Source of the DNA: Desulfobacca acetoxidans | GTDB lineage: Bacteria > Desulfobacterota > Desulfobaccia > Desulfobaccales > 0-14-0-80-60-11 | Length of the DNA: 48,472 nucleotides | Reading direction: 5' to 3' | Assembly: GCA_020722205.1 (NCBI GenBank) | Contig: DYLF01000007.1 | Span: forward strand, 1 to 48,472 | Shown: piece by piece, positions 21,591 through 29,104 of the stretch | Layout: each line of letters begins with the position of its first letter | How positions within the stretch are numbered: position 1 is the stretch's first letter | Notes under the pieces: generated by a model | The model's input: the letters and a program-made list of their open reading frames with translations, nothing else | Told to the model about the DNA's origin: nothing | Databases searched by the model: none | Made by a program: the position numbers and the translations under genes

Positions 21591-21632
21591 GCCGCTGTCT
21601 TCCTCCTGGGACCACCTGAAAAACAGGTCAAT

Positions 21633-23177
21633 TCAACAGGAATATTTTAGAGACATCCGCACAACTTTAGTGACCACGCCGCCTCGTTTAACATAATTGA
21701 CTCCCTCTTCCAAGGTGAAACCAAATTTTTTATAGAAATTTATGGCAGTTATATTCTCTGCAAGGATATCACAGATAAAATATGTCAAGTTCAGAAAGTT
21801 AAAACCAAGATTCAAAAGGTTTTGCATTATTATCTTTCCTTTACCTTTTGAGACCGTGTAAATGCCAAGATGAGTTTTTCCGTTATAAATATCTATATGT
21901 TGAAAATTTCCGACTCCTATTGGCTTGTTATTTTCAAAAACAATCCAATAACTATTAAAATTGTCATATAATAACCTATTGATAAAACTATTGTGCTCTG
22001 CTTGAGAAATTATATGGTTAGTTAACATCCATTGTCTAATTTCAGGAGAATTGCGCCATTGCAAGACCATATATTTATCATCTTCGCTAAGATTTACAAA
22101 ATTCTTAAAAGTTATATTGCCAAAAAAGTAATCTTTTTTTAAGGATTCATTAAAATCAATCTTATGATTGATCTGCATTTCATGCACAACACGATATCCC
22201 CCACTACCGTCAACAAGGTTTTTGCACCTTGTGTGCAACTCTTCCCTTAGGTTTCGGTTCTCAAGCAACATGTTTAAAGCATCTCCGATCTGATTCGGCT
22301 GGACCTTATTCAAGTGGCCGACCGACAGGACATATCCGCCTTGGGTCAGATTGGATACCGGAAACTCTTGGTTATCGGCGATTATGCCGACCAGGGCCGG
22401 CACCCCCAGGAAACACAATTCCCACAAGGTAGAGCCCCCAGCAGTCACCGCAATATCCGCCCAAGCCATAACCTTTGCCATGTCCGGCACAGCTTCAAAA
22501 AATTCCAGGCGTTGGCGAAGGCTGGCGCCGGCCGTCAGCAAGCTGGCTCGGTGCGGATTCTGTGGCCCCACAACCACCTTGACTTGGAGGGGAATGTCAG
22601 ATCGATTCAGTGCCTTAATAACTTTCTGGGTAAGATTGTTAGGATCGGCTCCCCCAAGGGTAATAAGGAGCTTGGTGGCCACAGATGGCATCTCTCGAGG
22701 TTTTTGGCCATATTCCCGAAACTCCCGCCGCAGCAGGGCATAAGTCGGCCCCAGCAGAAACCTGCTCCCGGCTTCTCCTTGATAAGGCAGTTTCTCCGCC
22801 CCAAAATTCTGGTTCACCACCAAGTCGGCACAGTAACACGGCAGATGGGCATAGTCGTCCATCACCAGCAACTTGGCCCCCAACTTCTTAATCTCCCGCT
22901 GGTGAACAGAAGTAAAGTGATACCCGTCCAGCACCACCCAGTCCGGCTGTTCTTGCCCAATCACAGCCAGAGTCTTGTCGAAGCCATCCCGGGGCTGCAA
23001 CTGCCTAACCTGACAACCCTCCTTGACAAGCCGCTCCACCAGAGCTTTATGCCCCCCCGCCGTCAGGAAAAGCACCTCCCCCCCCTTCTCCTGCCACGCC
23101 TGGGCCAAGGCCAAACCGCGCATCACATGGCCGGTGCCTATAACTGTGTCGGCGTCAGCCCGGATGACCAGCTTCAT
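21633..23177 (-). CDS. pseG: Fused PseG (UDP-sugar hydrolase) and PseH (GNAT N-acetyltransferase)
   Basis: IRADA...IGTGHVMR..LA, LDGYH, YALLRREF, TLGGADP, AGGST.WE; then NF.NL.......L.WRN..IR.WM.....I...EH..F and N..AI.FYKKFGF. ATG 23177. Confidence 0.9.
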   Translation of the reverse strand: MKLVIRADADTVIGTGHVMRGLALAQAWQEKGGEVLFLTAGGHKALVERLVKEGCQVRQLQPRDGFDKTLAVIGQEQPDWVVLDGYHFTSVHQREIKKLGAKLLVMDDYAHLPCYCADLVVNQNFGAEKLPYQGEAGSRFLLGPTYALLRREFREYGQKPREMPSVATKLLITLGGADPNNLTQKVIKALNRSDIPLQVKVVVGPQNPHRASLLTAGASLRQRLEFFEAVPDMAKVMAWADIAVTAGGSTLWELCFLGVPALVGIIADNQEFPVSNLTQGGYVLSVGHLNKVQPNQIGDALNMLLENRNLREELHTRCKNLVDGSGGYRVVHEMQINHKIDFNESLKKDYFFGNITFKNFVNLSEDDKYMVLQWRNSPEIRQWMLTNHIISQAEHNSFINRLLYDNFNSYWIVFENNKPIGVGNFQHIDIYNGKTHLGIYTVSKGKGKIIMQNLLNLGFNFLNLTYFICDILAENITAINFYKKFGFTLEEGVNYVKRGGVVTKVVRMSLKYSC

Positions 23178-23862
23178 GTGACCTCCGCCGCAGCAGAAAC
23201 TCCGCCCAGGCCAGATCCAGAGGACTGTCGATGTCCACCGACCATTCTTTCGAAACAAAATACGCTGCCACCCTGGAGCCGTAAAACTCCCGCTCCCTGA
23301 GAAACACCTTGGTCTTGCCGAAGATGAAAGACCCGTCATGTCGGTAGAGAGGAGCCAGTTGTTGCGCCCGCTGCATATACTGACCCCCGAAATACGGCTC
23401 CACAAACCCCCCTGGCGCCCATACCGCCCGCTGGGGCGGATGGGAATAGGGTACCAAACTCATGACGTAGTGAACCTCCGGGTCTTTGAGCATCTCATAC
23501 GCCCCCCGTAAATCCTCCACCCGCCGCAGGGGACTGGTAGGCAACAATACTGCAAACTCCTCAAACTCCTCCCCTTGCGCCCAAAAATGCTCCAGCACCT
23601 GGACGCATACCTCCTTCACCATGACCGAATCCCCCGCCAAGGCCAGCGGCCGCCGCAGCGCCACATGGGCCCCATACTCCTTCGCCACTGCCAGAATCTC
23701 CTCATCCTCCGAGGACACACAGACCAGTCCGAAGATGCCGCTGGCCAAAGCCGCTTCCACCGCATAACTCAACAGCGGTCTCCCCCCAAGCTTGGCAATA
23801 TTTTTCCGGCAGAAGCGCCGGGACCCGCCACGGGCCGGAATAATACACAAGGGCCCCCTCAT
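23155..23862 (-). CDS. pseF: CMP-nonulosonate (pseudaminic acid) cytidylyltransferase, NeuA/PseF family
   Basis: IIPARGGSRR...KNI, VSSEDEEI, PTSPLR, SVDID...D. Confidence 0.85.
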   Translation of the reverse strand: MRGPLCIIPARGGSRRFCRKNIAKLGGRPLLSYAVEAALASGIFGLVCVSSEDEEILAVAKEYGAHVALRRPLALAGDSVMVKEVCVQVLEHFWAQGEEFEEFAVLLPTSPLRRVEDLRGAYEMLKDPEVHYVMSLVPYSHPPQRAVWAPGGFVEPYFGGQYMQRAQQLAPLYRHDGSFIFGKTKVFLREREFYGSRVAAYFVSKEWSVDIDSPLDLAWAEFLLRRRSHEAGHPG

Positions 23863-24905
23863 CTCACATCCTGCCAGCTAAGGGCTTCGTTGTATTTCAA
23901 GTCCCGGGTGGTGACTCGGCCGATGAAAGCCTCCAAAAATTCCGGGGATATACCCTCTTCCGGTCTCTTGGCAGCCAACATCCCCGGCGTCAGCATCGTC
24001 CCCCGGGGAATATCCTGGTCCGCTACCAGATGCCGAAACCAACGCCGCCGTTCCTTCAAATCCGCCGCGCTGGGTCGCAAACTCAAACTGCCCAAGGCCT
24101 TCTTCAGTCTCTGCATTCGGGCTACATAAGCACAAAATTCCTCAGGCTCCTTGGCTAGGAGATGATGGTGCCCCGGCAGGTTCCGACTCATGGTTAGGCG
24201 TTTCTCCAGCACCACCGCCCCCAGGGCCACCGCCATGATATCCAGGTCATCCTCCCGCCCCTCCGCCGAAAAACCCATGTGGACGTGAAATGTCTGCCGC
24301 AGATAAGGAATGCTCCGCAAATTGATCTCCGCCGGGTTCTTCGTATGACTGCAATGCAGAAGCACCAGATCACGGTTCCCCTCTTCCTCCAGCAGATGGA
24401 TGACCCGGGCCAGTTCAAACAAGGTGACCGGCCCTAAATCCATCAACAGGGGTTTCCCCGAAACCGCTACCTCCCGAAACAGCGGCAGATAATTATAGTC
24501 CCAGGAACTCAACTTTATGGCCTCACAGTTCAGAAAGCGGGCCAGCTCCAACCCCCCTGGTGAGTTGACCGTGGCAAACATGATAACCCCTTGTTCCCGG
24601 CAATAACCTTGCACCTCCTGCCATTGTTCCCGGCTGAATCTAAGCTTGTTTAACATCTCATACATGTTCTCCGTTACCCAGCCATGAACCGTTTGATAAC
24701 TGTAAGTAATCGAACGATCACTCATGATCTCATCCGGAAACCAGAAGATAAACTTGACCGCATCCGCTGCCGCTTCCTTAACCGCCGCAATTAACTCTTT
24801 GGTCAGGGATAAATCATAATTGCAGGTGACCCCGATCTCTGCAATGATGAACAAAGGGTGCTCTTCGCCGATCACTTTGCCGCCTATTTTTATTTCTCTG
24901 CACAT
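23859..24905 (-). CDS. NeuB-family synthase paralog with a degenerate active site and SAF domain
   Basis: FIIAEIG, ADAVKF, LLHC, INL.SIP, AVALGA..LEK, C-terminal SAF (KRP..GISP); canonical SDH and EKH read SAE and EKR. Confidence 0.85.
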   Translation of the reverse strand: MCREIKIGGKVIGEEHPLFIIAEIGVTCNYDLSLTKELIAAVKEAAADAVKFIFWFPDEIMSDRSITYSYQTVHGWVTENMYEMLNKLRFSREQWQEVQGYCREQGVIMFATVNSPGGLELARFLNCEAIKLSSWDYNYLPLFREVAVSGKPLLMDLGPVTLFELARVIHLLEEEGNRDLVLLHCSHTKNPAEINLRSIPYLRQTFHVHMGFSAEGREDDLDIMAVALGAVVLEKRLTMSRNLPGHHHLLAKEPEEFCAYVARMQRLKKALGSLSLRPSAADLKERRRWFRHLVADQDIPRGTMLTPGMLAAKRPEEGISPEFLEAFIGRVTTRDLKYNEALSWQDVR

Positions 24906-26113
24906 ACTCTCATAGCTTCATCATGGGCGGTGAGGGAAACAAGGTACCTTTGCGCTGGCGCCAAACCAGGGTCCAGAATCTCCCTCACTATCATAATCAC
25001 CCGCTCCACCTCTGCCTCCGACATGGCCGGGTACAGAGGCAGAGTCAATAGACGCTCATAAGCCGCTTCGGCCAGAGGACACACACCACCCGGAATAGCG
25101 AAACGGCTTTGATAATAGGTGTGCCGATAGACCGGCAGATAATGAACGTTGACCCCCAAACCCGCAGCCCGCAAGTCTTGAAAAATTTCATCCCGTCCCC
25201 GCCCCCCTACCTCTAAGTTCAGCAAAATAACATATAGGTGATAAGCATGGCTGACTCCCTCCCTGACGCGGGGCCGGGACAAGGCGGGAAGCCCTTCAAA
25301 GGCCAAATCATAGCGGCGCGCCACTTCACGCCGGCGGGCCAGAAATTCCGGCAGCCGGCGCAGTTGGCTCATCCCCAAGGCGCACTGCAGGTCGCTCAGG
25401 CGGTAATTGTATCCCAACTCTACCATCTCATAGCGCCAGGTGCCCTCTCGAAACCGTTGGTGGTGATCGCTGTCCAGACCGTGATTGCGGAAGCGCCGCA
25501 TCCGGGCCGCCAGCTCCGGGTCATCGGTTACCACCATGCCCCCCTCACCGCTGGTAATGTGTTTCACCGGATGAAAACTGAAGACCGTCAGATCAGCCAA
25601 ACTGCCCACCCGTCGCCCATGATACTCTGCTCCCAGGGAATGACAGGCATCCGCTACCAAAAATATGCCGGCACGTCGCGCAATATCCCTTAAGGCATCA
25701 TAATCACAGGGTTGCCCGGCGTAATCCACCGCGATTACCGCCTTCGTGCGCGGGCTGATCTTCTTCTCCACCTCCTCAGGAGCAAGCAGCAAAGTCTCAG
25801 GATCAATGTCGGCAAATACCGGCCTCCCCCCCTGATACACCACCGCATTGGCCGTGGCCACAAAGGTCAGCGCCGGCACAATCACCTCATCTCCAGCCTT
25901 CACTCCGATGGCATCCATGGCGGCATGCAAGGCGGCAGTACCGCTGCTCACCGCTACTGCTGCCTGCACCCCTACATAAGCCGCCACTGCCTGCTCAAAC
26001 TCCACCACCTTGGGTCCCGTGGTCAGCCACTCGGAGTGCAACACCTCCACCGCGGCCGCCACGTCCTGCTCATCAACCCAGGGCCGCCCGTAAGGTATGA
26101 CTTTCTGCTTCAT
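24890..26113 (-). CDS. pseC: UDP-4-amino-4,6-dideoxy-N-acetyl-L-altrosamine transaminase
   Basis: IPYGR, LTTGP, SGTAALH, DACHSLG, FSFHPVKHITSGEGG, LGYNYRLSD. Confidence 0.92.
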   Translation of the reverse strand: MKQKVIPYGRPWVDEQDVAAAVEVLHSEWLTTGPKVVEFEQAVAAYVGVQAAVAVSSGTAALHAAMDAIGVKAGDEVIVPALTFVATANAVVYQGGRPVFADIDPETLLLAPEEVEKKISPRTKAVIAVDYAGQPCDYDALRDIARRAGIFLVADACHSLGAEYHGRRVGSLADLTVFSFHPVKHITSGEGGMVVTDDPELAARMRRFRNHGLDSDHHQRFREGTWRYEMVELGYNYRLSDLQCALGMSQLRRLPEFLARRREVARRYDLAFEGLPALSRPRVREGVSHAYHLYVILLNLEVGGRGRDEIFQDLRAAGLGVNVHYLPVYRHTYYQSRFAIPGGVCPLAEAAYERLLTLPLYPAMSEAEVERVIMIVREILDPGLAPAQRYLVSLTAHDEAMRVCAEK

Positions 26114-27095
26114 CTAATCCCAAAAGACGACCCAGTTCCACCACGCTTAAACGCCATCTGTTTAGGTCGCTGCGATATTGAAAATCCTTGGCCACCGGCC
26201 GACAGCCCGGCAAATGGCCATTGTCCCACCAGCGCAGAAAAGGACCGGGCTGTACCACATAAAAATCCTCAAATTCCAAAGTCCGCCTGGCTTCATCCTC
26301 CGTCATCAGAGTCTCGTGCAGTTTCTCCCCTGGCCGGATGCCGGTGATTTCCACCCGGCAATCCGGCCCCACGGCCCGGGCCAAATCCATTACCCGGGCG
26401 CTGGGCAACCGCGGCACAAAAATTTCCCCCCCTCGCATAATCTCCAGGCAGCGACACACAAAACTCACCGCCTGCTCCAATGTCATCCAAAAACGCGTCA
26501 TCCTGGGGTCCGTTACCGACAACACGCCCCGTTGGCGCTGTTCCAAAAACAGGGGGATGACACTCCCCCGGCTGCCTAATACATTGCCGTATCGCACTAC
26601 ACTAAAACGGGTCTTCCTGGCGCCGGCATAAACCTCAGCCGCCAAAAAGAGCTTCTCCGCACACAGCTTGGTGGCCCCATACAGGTTGATCGGATTCACC
26701 GCCTTGTCCGTGCTCAAGGCAATGACCTTCTGCACCCCGCAATCAATGGCGGCGTCAATAATGTTGGCCGATCCCATGATGTTGGTCAGGATGACCTCTA
26801 AGGGATTGTACTCTGCTGTCGGCACCTGCTTGAGAGCAGCCGCGTGAATTACCACCTCTACCCCCTGCAAGGCCCGATATAATCTATTTTTGTCCCTGAC
26901 ATCGCCGATAAAATAGCGCAGGGGGGAATTATGGCGATCCCCTAAATTTTGCCGCATCTCCAACTGCTTGACCTCATCCCGGCTGAAGACGATGAGACGA
27001 CGGGGAAGGTGGCGATGCAGCACCGTCTCAATGAATTTTTTCCCGAAAGAACCGGTGCCGCCGGTGATTAAAATGCTTAAGTCTTTCCAGTCCAT
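26073..27095 (-). CDS. pseB: UDP-GlcNAc 4,6-dehydratase (inverting)
   Basis: ITGGTGSFG, FSRDE.KQ, HAAALKQVP, LSTDKAVNPINLYGATK, RYGNV.GSRGSVIP, MTRFW, GIRPGEKLHE. Confidence 0.95.
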   Translation of the reverse strand: MDWKDLSILITGGTGSFGKKFIETVLHRHLPRRLIVFSRDEVKQLEMRQNLGDRHNSPLRYFIGDVRDKNRLYRALQGVEVVIHAAALKQVPTAEYNPLEVILTNIMGSANIIDAAIDCGVQKVIALSTDKAVNPINLYGATKLCAEKLFLAAEVYAGARKTRFSVVRYGNVLGSRGSVIPLFLEQRQRGVLSVTDPRMTRFWMTLEQAVSFVCRCLEIMRGGEIFVPRLPSARVMDLARAVGPDCRVEITGIRPGEKLHETLMTEDEARRTLEFEDFYVVQPGPFLRWWDNGHLPGCRPVAKDFQYRSDLNRWRLSVVELGRLLGLDEAESHTLRAALG

Positions 27096-27199
27096 AGATG
27101 ATCGACCTGCACTATCTGTGATTTTAGAATAAACCCCAACTGCCCCCCCTCGACGGGGAGACCATTAAACCATACCGGCGAAGGTTTGCCTTCTTACCT

Positions 27200-27215
27200 T
27201 GCAACAACCGGACCA
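27200..27215 (-). promoter_or_regulatory. Candidate sigma54 promoter for the pse operon
   Basis: Minus strand reads TGGTCCGGTTGTTGCA (GG-N10-GC), about 105 nt upstream of pseB. Confidence 0.4.
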
Positions 27216-27409
27216 TTACCTAATACATTATTATTCTTGCAAATTATTAATCCTCCCACCAAGTCTGGGTCTTTTCCGCGGAAATTTTTGCCTGGCCGAG
27301 GCTCAAAATCTCTGACTGCCAGCGCCTCTCCTCGCCGACAGGGCAGGAGAAAAAATCGGACAGGCTAGGTTTATGTTTACCAAGCAAAAAATCACTCCGG
27401 ATTATTTCC

Positions 27410-27438
27410 TTGACTTAATGGCTAAAATGCCTTACTAA
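27410..27438 (+). promoter_or_regulatory. Candidate sigma70 promoter upstream of the beta-barrel gene
   Basis: TTGACT-N17-TACTAA. Confidence 0.4.
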
Positions 27439-27540
27439 CGCCAAGAAAAGGGGAAACCTGGCTTTTCCCCCTGTATCTACTGGGTGGTGGCCAGGAGAAA
27501 CGAGGTTACCCAGTTCCTACAATGGACTTTAGTAAGGCTG

Positions 27541-27575
27541 CCCACTCTCTCTTTGGGAGAGGGTTAGGGGAAGGG
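27541..27575. repeat. REP-like element of the CCCTC...GGGAGAGGGTTAGGG type
   Basis: CCCACTCTCTCTTTGGGAGAGGGTTAGGGGAAGGG resembles the common proteobacterial extragenic palindrome. Confidence 0.55.
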
Positions 27576-27657
27576 AACCTTGGGTCTATGGTGCGTTATT
27601 CAACTTCTGCTCTTTATTAAAAATCAGCCACTAGATAACTCGAAGAGGAATGGCCAC

Positions 27658-28560
27658 ATGAAGAGATTGCTTATTTCGAGTCTGATGGTTTTTCTGCTCT
27701 TGTTGCCTTTCGCAGCCACTGGCACGGAACTCGGTTTGACCTCGTATCCCGACGGCATCGAAAACTTCTTTGCCGGCGCCTTCCCGCCTCCCGGGTTTTA
27801 TTTCCAGAATTACTGGCTATTTTATAAGGCCGACCAATTCCGGGGCGGCCCCCCCAATCCCAAGGCCTTTGTCTTCGTGGAAGCCCTGCGCTTCATCTAT
27901 TCCAGTAAAATCAACATCCTCGGCGCCAATTGGGGCACCCATCTGGTGGTGCCTTTGGTCTACACCGACCTTAGTTCCAGGGTCGGAAGAATGGTTATTG
28001 CCGACGATAACCGCTTCGGCTTCGGCAACATCGCTTTTGACCCTGTCATCCTGGCTTGGCATTTCGGGGATTTCCATGTCACTTCGGCCTTCGAAATCCA
28101 GTTCCCCGGCTCTTATAATCGTAATAATCCCGCCAGCCCCTCACGTAATTATTTTACCTTTGAACCCATCCTCGCCTTCGGCTGGCTGCCCAAGTGGGGG
28201 CTGGGAGTCAATGTCAAAATGATGTATGACTTCCCCACTCGCAACAATGACCCCCTGACCATCACTGGCGCCCGGAACTATTATCATTCCGGCCAGGCCT
28301 TCCATTTCGACTACTGCGTCGATTATGCCGTCCTCCCCCAGCTGCGTCTGGGCGTCGCCGGCTATTATTACACCCAGACTACCGGCGACTGCGCGGATGA
28401 CGTCAGGGTCGGCTTCCATGGCCGCGAATTCGCCGTCGGCCCCGCCATCAAATTTGACTACGGCCGCTTCAGTTTCTGCGTCATCAATCAGTTCGAACTG
28501 GCCGCCCTCAACCGTCCCGAAGGCGTGCGCAACTGGGTCAGAATCTGGTATGCCTTTTAA
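27658..28560 (+). CDS. SphA / Phenol_MetA_deg family outer-membrane beta-barrel
   Basis: Signal peptide; YPDG.E.F.AGA.PPPG.Y, G.YN.....SP.RNY.TF.P, Y.SGQ.FH.DY, G.AGYYY.Q.T.D, C-terminal Phe; RBS GAGG before ATG 27658. Confidence 0.85.
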   Translation: MKRLLISSLMVFLLLLPFAATGTELGLTSYPDGIENFFAGAFPPPGFYFQNYWLFYKADQFRGGPPNPKAFVFVEALRFIYSSKINILGANWGTHLVVPLVYTDLSSRVGRMVIADDNRFGFGNIAFDPVILAWHFGDFHVTSAFEIQFPGSYNRNNPASPSRNYFTFEPILAFGWLPKWGLGVNVKMMYDFPTRNNDPLTITGARNYYHSGQAFHFDYCVDYAVLPQLRLGVAGYYYTQTTGDCADDVRVGFHGREFAVGPAIKFDYGRFSFCVINQFELAALNRPEGVRNWVRIWYAF

Positions 28561-29104
28561 TCACCGCAACTTATATTAGCCTCTGATAAAACCTCTCTCT
28601 CAGACTCAACTTCGGTGGCACCGACTTGCCGGCCCGTGCAGGACTCGACTGCCTTAAATCTTCTCTGCTCTCCCCTTTCATACCTGACACACTCTTTCAC
28701 CGCTTTCCATCCACTGCCAGCCAAGTCATGACCGACTACCTATCTTGCAGCTGACTAATTATCCCCCATAAATTGTGACTCTTGTTTCATGTGTGTTAGC
28801 CCTTCCCCTCCTTTCCTGCCTCCGGCCACTGGTCCGGGAGAAAAAAGAGAGGAACCACCCACCATGCTATAAAGTCTGCCGCCCCAGGGAAGGTTCCCAA
28901 GGTGGTAACTGCCCCAAAGACTTATTTTCTTGACAATGCTGCCGGACAAGACCTAATCTGCGGATAAGATAAAGGGTTCATTTCTACAATTGGTCTAGCT
29001 AACGGGGGGGGTAATTGACAGGCTGTGGAAAAACCCTGCTTAAGGGAAAATGATGGGTTAGAAAGGACAATCTCCCCTCCCTGGGTGCAGACAAAGCCAC
29101 CTTT

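Noticed and set aside
23178-23405. 76 aa N-terminal extension of the pseG ORF
   Set aside because: Overlaps pseF in another frame; homology starts at MKLVIRAD (23177) after a GGAGG RBS
28561-29104. Replication origin
   Set aside because: Only two imperfect DnaA boxes, no clear unwinding element and no dnaA/gidA context; kept only as a low-score finding
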